Shown piece after piece: positions 1-13,865 of a stretch of DNA of 64,000 bases (position 1 is its first letter; every line of letters starts with the position of its first letter). The stretch comes from Felis catus (taxonomy: Eukaryota): assembly GCF_018350175.1 (NCBI RefSeq), contig NC_058368.1, positions 128,094,001 through 128,158,000 on the forward strand, in the 5' to 3' direction. The position numbers were made by a program, and so were the translations under genes. The notes below the pieces were generated by a model, which saw only the letters and a list, made by a program, of their open reading frames with translations, had not been told where the DNA came from and ran no database searches.

Positions 1-325
1 CCATATAAAATATAGAGTCAAACACTCTAAAACAATAAAAAGGAACAAATGACTGGTACATGTAACTATAGGTGAGCATCACAAACACGATGTTGACTGA
101 ATGCATTCAGTCAAAAAAAGAATGCATAATGATGGATTCCATTTGTAAAAGTTCAAACATTGGACAAATATTATCACCATGTGGGAGGTAGTAAATGGAA
201 GGAAGTACAAGGAAAATCCCTGGATGCTGATCATGTTCAATTTCTTGAACTGGGTAGATATTACATGCATGTGTTCACTATTTGAAAATTCATCATGCTG
301 AACACGTGATTTCAATATTTTTCTG
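1..325 (+). mobile_element. Ancient L1M (L1ME/MD-like) 3' fragment, continues briefly after the SINE
   Basis: Degenerate L1M 3' motifs (aatgcataatgatggattccatttgtaaaagttcaaa; ttacatgcatgtgttcactatttgaaaattcatcatgctgaacac). Family assigned from recall. Confidence 0.6.
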
Positions 326-330
326 TATTT

Positions 331-528
331 TTTGTTTTTTTTTGTTTGTTTATTTGTTTGTTTTTCCTTTTTGAGAAAGACACAGAGAGTGCAAGCAGGG
401 GAGAGGGGCAGAGGGAGATAAAGAGAATTCCAAGCAGGCTCCATGTTCAGCACAAAGCCTAATGCAGGGCTGACCTCAGCCAAAATCAAGAATGGGGTGC
501 TCAATGAAGTCAGCCACTCAGGAGCCCC
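331..528 (-). mobile_element. Can-SINE (older carnivore/felid copy)
   Basis: T-rich tail, purine tract, caagcaggctcc body and head ending ...cagccactcaggagcccc (reverse complement of ggggc.cctg.gtggct). tatttttct occurs on both flanks as a TSD remnant. Confidence 0.92.
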
Positions 529-1124
529 TCGGTATTTTTCTACAGTTCTGTTAAGCATAACTTATTTAAATGATATTTCAAGACAAAGATGATCAAAAGT
601 TAAATCATGATCATCATTACAAATAGTCTTTTCTCCAAACCCAATCAACGGACACCAGCTTTCTTGCACAAAAGTCCCATCCTGATTAGTAGGCATTAGG
701 ATTCAGAGCTCTGGCTTTAGAAAACAGTTCACTTGGGAGAATATGCAGCCCTTGTCACTGAGAGATTTGGGTAATTTGACCCTTTTCTGCACAGTGAGTG
801 AGTAAAGGGAGGCAGGAGGAGACACAATAAAGATGCTGTTATCAGTACCTGGATAAATAAATAGAACTTTTCTGAGGTTTGATGCAGATTTAGTCACTCT
901 TTCTGAGAAGAGTCAGGTCTCTTGGATCCCCAAGGGAGAAAGCAAGGGTTATTGAAATGGCTTATCACTCTAAAAGGGTATAGAGTGGTGACACTTCAGG
1001 TGAGTCTCCAAGCAGTAGATGCAATTATGTTATAGAGGAAACAATAGGCTATCCATCAAAGAAATTCTCATACTTAATGCTAGAACTTTGAAAAAGTATT
1101 TAATGCCTCAATTATGATGGCAGT

Positions 1125-1610
1125 TTATTCATCCATTCTGTAAGTATTTATTTAAAAAATTCCATGTGCTAGGCACTGCACTAGGATGTGATGCTACAAA
1201 GACAAACAAGATAGACACAAAGCCTGCCCTCAGATGGGGCTACAGCCAAACGAGGAAGACAGGTAAACCGCCAAAACAATTAAGGGTACAGATGGCAACA
1301 CATGGGGAAAACTACCAAAACTAGCCTATAAGAAGAAGTTAGGAAAATATTCAAGGGCTTCCTGCCAAAGACAGAGAATGGTCTTGGCATATCAGATGAG
1401 TGGGGAAGGAGAACAAGAAAAGACAAAGCCAAGTTAGAGCACAGCTGAATGTTCCAGAAGGAGTGGTGGGAGGCTACACAGGTAGAGCAGCACAGCACCG
1501 AGAAGCCCAGCATGCAGCCTCACAAATAAAAGGCCAAATAAACTGTGCCAGGAGACTCGGCAAGGCAGGCATTCTGAAAACTCCCCTTGAACACCCAGAG
1601 TTTGTGTCAT
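1125..1610 (-). mobile_element. L2 (LINE-2) 3' fragment
   Basis: ttattcatccattc...atgtgctaggcactgcactaggatg...cctgccctcag matches the reverse-strand L2 3' end. Confidence 0.7.
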
Positions 1611-4579
1611 TTTAAAGAAATAAGAAAAAGATCGCAGCACACAGGGTGCCTGCTGATATCTTCTCTTAATAACAGTCCTTTCCATGACATTTGAGTCCAC
1701 ACGAACCAGAAAATACAGAGCATTTACTGACTGGTGGACAGGCAAGCCCACTTAGCTGCACTGCCATAGCATCTACAGATCAACACACTAAGAGACATAT
1801 GTGGATCAGGAGGAAATGTTCCCCCTGCAGAACACCTGACATGGAATCTCTCACCTCCACCATAATCATACTTCATACCCCATCAATAGTATAGATGAAC
1901 AAATAGCTTGTTCCACTATTTTAGATACTCCACAAATATTTATCGTTTTATGCCAATATTCTGCAGAGAGCTGAAAAAATGTTAAAGCAAAGAGGCTGTT
2001 AACAGACAAGCTAACAAAGTGACAACAGTGTTTTTTCAAATTTGATCACCTGATATTTCAATCCTGGTTCCACTTCTTACTAATTCATTCCCATAATGTC
2101 ATGATGAAACACTAACCTAAAGTATTCTGCAGGACTGAATGAAATAATGTGTTGCAAAGAACCTAGGAAAATTTCTGCATCAGAGACTGGTGGTTCAGAA
2201 AGAGGTGCTCCCTGCCAGGCTCTGGTCCCTTTGCACCTACCCTTTGCACCTCGCTGACATTTGTAAGCTCATATATGGACATCACAATTTGGCAGCCATC
2301 CACATTCCGTGGCCCTGCCAACAGCTGCCCCTCGACCCCCCACTGTGTGGAGTACAAACTGCTCTCTGAAGGAAGGATCCATGTCTTGGCGTAGGACCAT
2401 TAGGGCAGGAAATTCTAGAGTCCAAATGCCCTGACCATGACCTATGAAAGGAAAAGATGTGATTCCTTGACCCCATAGAATCCTTACCCAGTGGGAACAC
2501 TGTGGGTAGAAGAGGGCTAAACTGAGCTCTGATATGCTGGGCCAGCAGAGGACCCTCTTTTTCAAGTGTTAAGAGCAGTACAACTTGGAACTAAATGCTA
2601 CAGGAGTGTGAGAATCTTTCACAGTCTTTCTAACAGATTATTTCACTTGCTGTGTTTCCACTACAATCTGCCTCCCTAAGCTACCCCACCCCTATAGCTA
2701 TTTTATCAGAAATCCACTCATGTTCTTTACTTTTCTTGTTTGAAACTCACTCTGCATCTCTAACAAGTCAGATGTCTTAAGGTGCTTACTCATTACTCCG
2801 TATATCCCACAAAATTCTTTGGATAAAAGAAATAAAATCTTAAACTTTGTTCAGTGTGGTTGCTGTTAGTCAGGGTGTGGATATAAATAAATACCAGCTG
2901 CGGTTAATCATACCTTGTATAAGGACAATTTCAAAGGTGGGAAGTTTTAGAAATATAAGACTAAGTCCGAAAAATGATACCCATAAAATTACAAGAAAAA
3001 ATCATTATTATCCAGAATCTGATAGATTATTAGTTATCTTTATAGGCACAAAAAATCTATTTCTTCAAGTTAACAATAAATCTTTAAACAGCCACTTCAG
3101 TGGCCATATATAGAAACAGCCTTGAGTCACTTAAACCAAAGAATCCTCAGTCTGTCAAGGAGACATATGATTCATTTGGTAGTCAGAAGAGGAAAGGAAA
3201 AATCCCCAACATGAAACTCAGGAGTAGGATACACTGAGCTCAGAAACAATAACCCCGTGCTCTGCATTGGGGTCTCCAGGTAAAGGGTCCTGATGTTCCA
3301 GGAGTGTGCACAAAGTTCAGCACAACCTGCCCACGCCAAGACTGGCTCTAAGGCCAGAGAAGTAAGGTCAGTCAGATAGATGGTCAAAAGCAAAGACAGA
3401 AAAGCCCTGACCTTCTCCTTAGGTGCTTCATTACACAGATCTCTCCTTAAGTGTCTTTTCATCTCTTCTTTCAGTTCCAATGTATGACTGGCTCTCGTCA
3501 CTGATTCACTGCAGGGCTCATCTTTGAAATACAGATGCTAACCTGCTGAAACATCCCCAAGGCTGAAAGCTTAAAATATATGCAAGATGAGTAAGAGCAC
3601 CTGGGGCTCCAAGGACTAATGCCACAAAACTGTCATTACCCACCAAACGGTATTTCTCCCCCTCACTTGATATACATCTGCGGCCCATTCACACTGCATA
3701 TGGCCATGGACAGAAAATGCCTCCATTCAAAACTGGCACAGTGGGTCTGTAGGAAGCTTCTGCTGCAGTGTTGGCTCCTTCTTAGCTTGAGCTCCAAACC
3801 CTGTTACCCTAACAGAAGGACTCTGAACAAGCCTGCGTGGAGGCTCACAAGGTTCCAACTATGGGTTCCAACTCTATGGCTCACTTATTAATATATAGCT
3901 TGAGCCAAGTATTATTTAAAAATTGAAAATAGCAAAAGCATCCATTCTACCTCCGCTACCTGCAAACATGGCAATATTTTCAACCAAACAAAGGAGAGAT
4001 TGTTCTAAATCAAAGGGACTTCAGGGCAAGAGTCCCTCAGGCTCCCCCAGGAGCCCTTCTAAACAGTTAAAACTCTTGCCAGGACTTCTTTATATTGTAA
4101 GTATAATGAATGCTGGTCTTTAATCTGTGTGCTTCTCTCCTGAGCACTCAGAAGACAAGGGTGCCCTGTTCCCACACGCTCTGGTCTCTCTAGCAATGAA
4201 CAATACTGAATAAACTAATTATTACAGTTCCGTCTTTCCTTTATTCATCTTGGCTGAATAATACTATTTTGGTAATTCATTCAATGAGAACCTACTGGAT
4301 AAATATCTAAAATCCTAAAAAGAATTTAAAGAACAGAAAGAATATGGTCTATTTAAGAACCAGAGTATGGTTAAAGGGTATGAACATAAAAATAACAACA
4401 ATATACAAAAGACCTTAAGATCTTAAACAAGTAGTTTGAACCAGTGCCATTTGCTCTCTGGTTGGAAAAATGCCAGTCGTTGATGGTGTGGCAGGGAGGG
4501 GCTAGAAGGAATGAAAGAGGGGGTTCCATTGAGGAGGTGGAGGTATGTGAGCAGGGTGAGGGGAAAGGGTCTGTCAGAG

Positions 4580-5618
4580 CAGGATTTAACCATTTTTGTG
4601 CAGTAGACCCTTTGAAAGGCTGAATTTTAAGACCTTCTCACATTTCAGAACATATAAAATAAAATACATGGGACCATAGAGGAAATCAATTATAGCCATT
4701 TCTGCTATATGCTTATTTCAAAAACATGTATTTATTCCAATGCATTTCATCGATTAAGGAACAATATGGACATAACACAGATTTCATGTTTGTTTATATA
4801 CCATTCCATCCACAACAGTCAAGGAATGCACTACCAGCACCAACACAAAACACGCATGGAACTCCTACCACCTTCCTCTGTTCACTATTTGTGTTGTCTG
4901 CTGCACCCATACACACCTGGGGCTATAACTTTCCATATGAGTTCACACAACCTCACCTCACAATAACTCATTAGTCTTTCCATTTCCATAAGCACATTTC
5001 GGGTCTTTTTCAAGAGGTGACACATTTATTCTGGTAGTTATAAATGTATGTATTTCTTAACCATTTTGCATGTAACTGTGTATAACGGTGCCACCATTTT
5101 TATTAGGCATCTATCTTTTCTGTTAACAAGTAACTGACTGTTTTTGAGTGTTATACTCACAACTCTATACTCCCCATGGATCCTGTGGTTTTCGTTGTGC
5201 GAATTTGCATGGCCCAATGAGTTTTATGAACCTGAATGCTGCAATATGGCAGAAGTGTCTATAAATTTAAATATTTAAAAACAAACCTGTGAAATAGCAA
5301 TATACACACTTCTTTGTTAATATTTTAAATTATAAATTATAGTGGCTAGTCAAATAGATTACCATAATTTTAACATACACATGAGCAGAAATTATATGTA
5401 CAGATATATGTAACTGTGATGTGACATGAGAATACAACAATTTCTATTAATGACAAAGCCACAGACAGGGACTGCTAATACCCCTGTGATTTGTTGCCTA
5501 CCTTGATAATTGAAGCAAATGTTAAATTTCACTAACACAATCACAAAAATGAAGATAAAAATGTTCAGGTCATTGATGACCTGAATTCTGTCTTCACCCT
5601 CCTGGTAAAAAATCACTG
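4580..5618 (+). mobile_element. hAT-Charlie DNA transposon (Charlie4a-like), split by Tigger13a
   Basis: Begins caggatttaaccatttttgtgcagtagaccctttg...aaaataaaatacatggg, resumes after 5263 (gactgctaatacccctgtgatttgttgcctac) and ends cctggtaaaaaatcactg. Matches the recalled Charlie4a consensus. Confidence 0.75.
4693..5261 (+). mobile_element. TcMar-Tigger DNA transposon (Tigger13a-like), non-autonomous
   Basis: Imperfect TIRs tagccatttctgctatat / atatggcagaagtgtcta, with TA on both flanks (4691-92, 5262-63). Internal sequence resembles the recalled Tigger13a consensus. Confidence 0.8.
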
Positions 5619-7940
5619 TTGCAGACAGAGTAGAAGGTGAAGAAATTGAATGAAGGGGGAAGAAGAAATTGAAATATCAAAAGCATGATGTGATATGAAT
5701 TGTCTAGCTGGAACCACCAAATTATGATGAAGAGAAAAGGCAAGCAGAGGAAAGAGAGAACATGTGGAAATACAGAACGGACCAAGATCCAGTCCAGATA
5801 AGATTTCCGTGTGAATTTTACATGCAAAAGCGTTACGCCCTTCTGGTCATCTTCCTGTCCTGGCCATGGTACTGAGTCACTGACTCATATTCAAAGCATC
5901 AACCAACACAAGGTCTTTGCTGCTGTAACTGGATATAATCATTCCTTCCCAGTATGAATTTGTCCACATGCTTTTTCATCCCTAAGTATGATTAAGGGCA
6001 ACATCATTTTGGATTTTTCTGTTCTCTAAAATCCTTGTCAATTCTATCTTCTTGAATACTTGGTTATATAGGTGTGTCTGGTATCCATCATGAAAATACA
6101 AATTCTGATGTCTCCTATCAAATCCCAGTTATTGAGACTTGTTCATAATGGCTTCTAACCTCATAACAACCCAGACCAGCTCAGCTCCCAGGAGACCAAC
6201 CTAATAATCATCATCTTGCAACTGTAAAAGCTAGAAACATGAACTTGCTCATCTTTTCAGGTTGGGGGAGAAATGAAAAGAACAGTTATTAAAAATCACA
6301 TTATAGACCCTAAGCAAAGTTCATCACAAGTATTTCCACAGCCATAGGGGAGTATCTTTAAGCATCAAAATTTGTGAGTCATCTGACTCTATTGCAAGCC
6401 TTGCCACCAGGCTTATATAAGACATGTCCTCTTGGTCCCCATTTGCAAAGTCTGTGATCTCTGTCCCATGTGGCTTCCTATACAGGGGCATATGCTCAGG
6501 ATAGTCCTATCACTGCCCCCAGAGAGTTGCTGAGGCAAATGGTTGTGGTAGTGCAAAGAACTTTGAAAGGCAAGGAAACTAGCTCTCTTGCAAACATTTA
6601 TGTGACCTTCTCTGCTTCATACCCAGTGATTCTGACATTTCCCAAATAATCAAACATAAAAAAAAAAAAAACATTGGGGGGAGAGAATTAATGGGACTCT
6701 GGACTCCCTCTGTTCCTACCAGAGTTTTTCTGCTTCTGTTTGTTTTATATTGCACATTCCATGTAACATGAAAAATCGATTTTATTTGCAACCATTAAAC
6801 CATTTATAAATGTTTTCAAACCACTGAACAAGATGACCTCTAATGACCCTTCTAGCCCAGTCTTCTAGACCAAGACACCCCAAGGGGCTATTCTGAGAAT
6901 GTGAGTAGAGTAGATGGTAACCTTTACACAACAAGAAATCAAAGATGCCCACCCCAAATAATTTCCTTCCCTTGTACCTCATCATTTCCATCTTCTTTAA
7001 GCCTAGGAGCCAACAACGCTATTTGTAAATCATTAACTAATAAAATTAACATTAAATTGTTTTAGCTATTATCCCCTTAACATCAATCATTTTGGTAGAA
7101 CAGGCACTCAGATTTTAGGCTGGAGAAGGCCACACAGGGCAGCTTAGCTTTGAGAAGCTAGGACAAGGACTCAGCCACCAGGTGCTACCACTCAGACCAA
7201 ACACTGACAACTTGTTTCCAAGTAACTATCCTGCCAAGCTTGCTTTAAAACAGAAAGGTAAGCTTCATCGTAGTAAAAACAATGGACATGCAACAGTCTT
7301 TTTAAATAGTTTATTCTGTAGTGTAGAGTAAGAAGAATCTACTTGAAAGCTTCTTTCTTTGGCTTTGGTAGCAAGTCCTTCTATTTCAGTGTTGTAAAAA
7401 TAAATAGAGGCCAGTCATTTTAATTATTATCAACATGAATGAGGAAAATATTTTACTGTAAATGTTTTTGTTGCATGGACATCCAGAGACAGAGCAAGCA
7501 CTGAACTCTTTTTGCTACCTCAGGAAAAGTTATTTTTCTTAAGAGTGAAACTCTTGGATATACTTTTTATTCCCATAGAAGACATTTCACCTATTTCAGA
7601 GTGAGTAATGTCTCCCTGAGTTGCACTCCTCCCATAACACAGCAGGGCAGAGAGCTGCCTTGATTGATAGACTCTTACACTGGTTTATAAATTGGAACAC
7701 CAAGAAAGTTGGTCTTCAAAGCAGTGTTGTATATATCATCCATGTAAAATCAAGTGAATTTCTGTTTCATACAAAAATCTCATTCTTTCTTCCCCTTTAA
7801 GGTTGTGCCAAAGTGTCTTAATGGTGGGTTCATGTTGCTGATGATCCATAACCTTTTCTTCTTGTGTTTTTCTTCCCTTTATTTCCTCCTGTGCCCGGTA
7901 ATTTCATGCTTAGCATCCCCAGTGGCCATACCCATCTGAG

Positions 7941-8051
7941 ATAGGGTTTATGGATAAAATACAGGATGTATGATAAAATGAGAATTCCATGTAAACAATA
8001 ATATTTAGTCTAAGTATGTGCTAGTTTCATTTGCTAATGCTTGTAGCCCTA
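7941..8051. mobile_element. MER53-like hAT MITE, internally deleted
   Basis: tagggttatggataaaatacaggatg...ttagtctaagtatgtg...atttgctaatgcttgtagcccta, with terminal taggg/cccta inverted ends. Confidence 0.65.
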
Positions 8052-8159
8052 TATCTAGGTAAAGATCCACTGTCAGATTATTTCTCCTTCCGAGAAAATA
8101 AAACATTGTTGTACAAAGTTGTGCAACTGTGCTAACTGCTTAAAATATAAATTCATACA

Positions 8160-8372
8160 TCAATGGTTTCCAGGAGCTAGGGGTGTGGAGAGATTTCAGC
8201 AACAAAGAAGCATAAGAGAACTTTGGGGTAATCAAACTGATCTAATATCTTGATTCTAATAATGTTTAGATGACTATATGCATTTGTCAAAATTTATACA
8301 ACTGTACAATAAAAAAAGAGTGAATTTCACTACAAATAAGTAATATCTAAGTAAACCTTATTTTAAAAAGTA
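8160..8372 (+). mobile_element. Ancient L1M (L1MC/ME-like) 3' end
   Basis: atggtttccaggagctagggg...tatcttgatt...gactatatgcatttgtcaaaa...aaaagagtgaatttcact, typical L1M 3'UTR motifs. Confidence 0.75.
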
Positions 8373-8539
8373 GAAAATAAATGTATACTCCTCAATCTCA
8401 AATAGACCTCACACATTTCACACATCATTTTATTTCACCCTTGTATCACCAGAGTAAATGCTCAGAACAGCTATTCCAGTGACTTTTTTTATTCCCTTTA
8501 AGCCCACAATTCCAACACATCACTATCTGTAAACAGATT

Positions 8540-8780
8540 TGCTCATTCATGCAGCAAGTATTTAAAATTAACTGGATCTGTGCTGGACTCTGAGAACACA
8601 AAGATGAAAATACAATCCTTACAGCACCCCACACACACACACACACACATACAAAATCACTCAGTGACTAATGGACAAAAAGTCATGATTTTTTTTAAAT
8701 GACATACAATGTAAAGAAAGGTATAATAGATAATTATAAGATACACTAAATGAAGAAACAGCAAGCACCAAACTGATAAT
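8540..8780 (-). mobile_element. L2 fragment containing a (CA)n microsatellite (~8630-8650)
   Basis: ctcattcatgcagcaagtattta...tgtgctggactctgagaacacaaagatgaaaa is L2-like; the CA run is directly visible. Confidence 0.55.
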
Positions 8781-8924
8781 TCTGGAACTATTCAAAATTA
8801 TTGAGTTCAACCTTCCAAGTAAAGAGTTATACAATCAGATACAGAAGTGCAAGCACCCTGTAAGGGAAAAGAAGTAGAAGATAAGCTGACCAGGTGGATC
8901 ACTACAAATTATGAAATCCCTGGT

Positions 8925-9420
8925 CATTCAGGTGTTGGGAAAATTCTTGCTTGTTGTAGCAGAAATGGACTCTGGCTACCTGAAGCAGAGGAAAACTCTG
9001 TTGGAAGGATGTGCTAGTTAACAGAGTCAGCAGGAGGCCAAAGCACAAATATGGAATATGAGCACCAAAAAAAAAGGTGTGTGTGGGGGGGTACTCTGAA
9101 TGCCAAGGAATAAAAATCAGAAGAGCCATCCCATAGAAGAAATAATAACTAGATATTGCTACTGCCATCACTGAAAACCAATGGATACCATCTCTAACAC
9201 CATGAATCAGTTCTAATAGCCCCTTGACTTGACCCATTTGCTACAGACTCACTCCCAGTAAGGACAACCTGATTGACTGAGTCTGGCTTACATGACCACA
9301 CCCAGGACCTGGTTGTCAAGGGCAGAGAAAGGTAAAAATAGCCTCCTTCCAACGATGTGCATGAAAGAGAAGTGCCTAAATTCAGAAAGGGACTTGAATG
9401 TGGGCAGTCAAAAAATGACA
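8925..9420. mobile_element. Possible old MaLR (MLT1-type) LTR
   Basis: ttgttgtagcagaaatggactctggctacctgaagcagaggaaa...ttggaaggat and gattgactgagtctggcttacatgaccacaccc resemble late-class MLT1 LTRs. Highly diverged. Confidence 0.4.
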
Positions 9421-10837
9421 CCTGTCAAAGCAAGTCTGTGGGTCTTGTGCCTCGTCACTTATGGGAGATCACATTTAGACTGAAGGATATTGTGCATCTG
9501 GCTTTTCAGTCAGTATGAACTCTGTGAAAGTACGTATTTCATGGGAGTCATCTGTCTTTTAATTCCTCCTTGTGCTCAGCACAGGCCTTCTACAAATGAG
9601 CTGCCTAAAGCATGTCTGTGTTCTGCATGAATGTGTTCCAAAGCAACTCAGCCCGGGCAATTGGAAATGTGCCACTTTCATTTGGCAGGATCAAATCTCT
9701 TCCAAATCAGACCTTTTCTTTCAGTTCACAGGAGATCTTTGCCCTAAAGGCCTTGAACTGGATCTCAATAGGAGAGATTATAAACCAGCCTAAACCACCA
9801 AAGATTATATCGATGTGCGTGTGGCTTTGGAGCTGCCTAAGAGCTGGCACAAAACATCATTAAGGCTGCCAGTGAGCTCTCTGAAGAAAGCCAAACAGGG
9901 ATTCAGGCTCTTAGTACTATGCTCAGGGAATCCCGGCTTATAGTGCCTTTTCTGACAGTGCATAATTAAACAAAAGACAGGGTCTGGACTATCAGTTGTT
10001 CGACAAACTAAATAAAAGAATGTGTAGAGCATCCTTTTTTTTTTTTTTTTAATCTAGAGGAAAGAAGCAATGTGTTTCTCTTGGCTCGGGAAGAAAAGGG
10101 CTTCCATTTGTAGAGAGAATACTCTCACTATCCCATTCAAACACAGAAATATTTAAAGAGGTTATAATGGAAATTTTATCTCTAGCCTCAGATGTTCTCT
10201 CATACAAAAGTTTCTCCTTTCAGCCAAGACTAGCACTTGCAGAGACTTCAATCTTCCTACCTCTCCAGGAAATCATAATAGCCTTCTCTCCTAAGTTATT
10301 GAAGAGTAAGAGAACAAAACACAGCTCCATTAGGACCCTTCATAAAGCAGTGACCTCATCTTCTAAAAAAAATAAATAAATAAGCAAACCAGGAACTCAA
10401 AGATACCTTCATTTGCAGCCAAGTTCAGGATTTGACCAAATAAAATTTGCAAATTAAGCTCACTGTTTAAGTCAAGTTTTAAGACTATTCCAGATAAAAA
10501 AGTATAATGACAAGTTACCAAGTTCAGAGAAGAGTTGGAACAACCCAAACATGTACAAAAACAAATGATAATACTATGGACAAAAACACTGTCCTCAGAA
10601 AGGGGTATCAACACACAAATATCAGCCTTTGTTCTTCTGTATGAAATAAAGAAAAAATATCTTCCCAGTATGACTCGCTCCTGTGAGTTTTTGGTATTTC
10701 CCTTATCATCCAGTTAGTAAATGTGAAAGTCCTCTCTAGAAAAATGCTTTATTTTCTCACCAAGGACACTGTAAAGGGTTATGCCTGCCAAAAGAAATGC
10801 AAAACCCAAGAGAAATCAAGCTCCCTCCTTTTCTGAC

Positions 10838-10940
10838 ATTTATTTTTTTTTTAGTGTTTTTATTTAAATTCTAGTTAGTTAATGTATAGTGTAACATTGG
10901 TTTCAGGAGTAGAATTGAGTGATTCATCACTTACCTATCA
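10838..10940 (-). mobile_element. Heavily 5'-truncated carnivore L1 3' end
   Basis: Poly-T then ttatttaaattctagttagttaatgtatagtgtaacattggtttcaggagtagaatt, the reverse complement of the L1 3' terminus seen at 47590-47650 and 15030-15090. Confidence 0.85.
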
Positions 10941-12199
10941 GGCTCCCTTTTCCCTATGACTGACCATTTAGTGAGTCAGAGCAACATCTTGAAACTGTTC
11001 TTAAAAGAAAATGACTTATTTTCTACTGAACACATCATCATGCTTCAAAGAATACAAAAATCCTCAAATTCTAGAGCCAGAACGATCACTGAAGTTCAGT
11101 CGTATTACAGGAGTGTAAAGTGGGCTTCAAATATTCAAATGATGGCTGCCAGGGCATATTCGAGGGCCAGGTAGGCATCCAGGCCCCCATCCCTAGCCCA
11201 GCGCCCTCCAGCTGCCCTTCTCTCTTCCATTAATCAAGGAAGCCAGAGACACACTCTTTCTCAGAAGTGACTGCCACTGGATTCTGAAGGACCCTATGTT
11301 CCTGAGATCAAGGTCACAAGTGGTAGGTCCACCCGAACTATGAGGGGGATCTGGAAGGGTAAGGAAGAATGTTCATCCTGTGATTCACTCCAGGTTTAAA
11401 GAAGGTTCTCATCACACACTTTTCCCTCCACCCTCTATCTTGCCTTCATGAGTACTCCACAACCACTCCCTTGGTCTTGTGATTCACGTATAGATATCAA
11501 AGTTCAAACTTCTGAAAGAGCCTGAAAAGAATGAAAAGCCAAGAACATTTAAAGATTCAAATAGCACCTTCCTTCCTGACAACAGCATCATCTCTTTTAA
11601 AGAAAAAAGCCAAGAGAGCCAAGGTCAAAGCTAACCTAAAAGAGGGTATAACCAGATAAAGATATGCAAAAATAAAAATAAAACGGCACCAACTTGAAAA
11701 ACACAAGGAATATGGTATGCTGGAACCAAGAACAGACTCATTGGCATTTTACCCCACAAGGTTTGAACAACATGAATTTAGAGGCAGAGAAGAGCAACAC
11801 ACAGCCACTCATGGATCCCATAGGTCTTAACTTCTTTCCTTAGGTACCTGTTTTCCACATTCTAGCACAAAAATCAGATATATGTAATACATTTCCAACC
11901 CACAGGAAGATGTTTGGAATAAAGTAAAGGACCGATGTCATTTCTAACCTCTGTGAATGGCATGAGATATGGTCATGACCCTGTGTACCTGAAGGCAGGA
12001 GTATCAGTGATACTTAGTTTTCTTAGTGTCAAAAAGGGGACGCTGAACTAGATGTACTTTAGGATTATTTCCTGCATTGGTACTTAGTAATCTCTAATTC
12101 TGAGGTATTCACATACTTTGTTTTGCATTTACTTCTTTTCCTCCTCATTTCTGCTTCATTAACATCCACATTAATTTGTTAACATTACCACATAGTAAG

Positions 12200-12400
12200 A
12201 GCATCAGTCTGGCAGCATAGCAACGTGAATTGAAGATGCGTAACTTCTAAACCTCAGTATCCTAACCCTTACAAACAGGCAGTTGTCTCATGAGGTCATT
12301 GAAAGTCCTAACATCACATTAAAAAGAGTGAATGAGCCCAAAGATGAGGGAACAGTAAGTGACATGGAGAAAGTACTCAAAACCATCAGTTATTATTAAT
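12200..12400 (+). mobile_element. MIR fragment
   Basis: cttctaaacctcagtatcctaacccttacaaacagg...tgaggtcattgaaagtcctaa resembles the MIR core. Confidence 0.45.
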
Positions 12401-13739
12401 AAAAGTTATCACTGCTCTCAAACTCCTTCTGAAACATGACTAAAGCGTTGGAGAAAACCAGACAACTCTTAACTCCTTGAGATCAATCAATGTTATCTAG
12501 GTGAATGGGTATAATCGGAAAGCCAATATGAAGAAGATGAACAATATTTTAAAACCTAGAAAAGCTGCTATTTTTCATACTGATTAAAATCTCTCAGGAG
12601 AGAGATTCCTAGGATTTAGCAAAATGTTGTAATAAATTGTTTGTTTGCAAAAGGCAAGCAACTGAAGTGACCACTTTGGTCAAGATCTGGATGAAATTTT
12701 TTATTTTATGTCTATGCTTCAAAGAAGCAGCTATATGATTCTTCCTGACAGATCTGTTAAGTCGTCTTGCCAAGCTTTTGATTCCCTTAAATTGATTGAT
12801 TTTAATGTCAAGCTATAGCAAACACCAAAAAAAATTAAATATGTATTCTTTCAGTTTTGTAGGATACAGCTAACCTCAAGTCCAAAGGGATTAGAATATA
12901 TGAGAAAATTGTAAATTTTAAAGTTAATTTACAAGGGTCTTTCCACAGGGTTTTAAAGGCTTATCATGCTTTCCAAACTGCCTGGATTCTTTGGAACTGG
13001 CCCATGGCCCAGGTCTGTCATCAGGGAACCAGGTTTGGTCACTCTACCTGAACTTGGTATAGCACCAATGAGAACAGGAGACTGAAGGAGGCATGGTGTA
13101 CCTGAAATGACTAGCACCCTGTGCATGGAAGAGACCAGAAAAGAGGAAACCATGCCAGAATTAACTTCCTGGCACCCAGTGTATATAAGCTATATTCACA
13201 GTGAGATGTTGTTACTTACTCTGCCAATGGCACTGACGATGATGACAATCGTGTTTACTGGGCATAGATATGCCAGAGTTCTGAATACTGTGGGGACAAT
13301 ATGCCATGTAACCCATACAACTTTCTGAAGTGGGAATTTGTACCCATCTGAGAGTCATCTCTTCCCCTTCCCTGATTCTGCTCCTCTAGCAGAGAAGCTG
13401 AGGCAGGTTCCCTGGGCAGGTGGCTACAAGAGCAGAGGGTGGGGAATCCAGAGTATTTCTCCCCTCTGTCTGTGCACTGGGCAGCAAAAGAGTCTTCTCC
13501 TTGCCTCCAGTTGTACTACAATTGCTTCTTTCTCCAGGTGTCCTCAGCCCTTGGACTTCAGTAACACTGACTCCAACACATTGCCCCTCCAGAGGAAGGT
13601 TAGATTCTCCATACTTTTGCTAATATTTGGGTTGTTCAGTAACCTCACCTGGCCTCTCAGCTCCTCCCTCACCTATATAACCAGTTAAAATTCCTCAGAT
13701 TCAAATACTTAAGATGATTATTTTTTCTGTTTCGAACAA

Positions 13740-13865
13740 TTACTATTCTCATTTGACGGATGAGAAAATCAGGAGGTGGCTTGCCCAAGGTCACATAATT
13801 AGAAAGTAGCAAATTTGGGTCCAATGGCTCTGAACCCAATGCCCTTGGCTGCCCATTATACTGTC
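13740..13865 (-). mobile_element. MIR fragment
   Basis: ctcatttgacggatgagaaaatcaggaggtggcttgcccaaggtcacata is the MIR core on the reverse strand. Confidence 0.75.

Noticed and set aside
79..558. 159-aa minus-strand ORF
   Set aside because: It reads through a Can-SINE, its tail and an L1M remnant; no coding signal.
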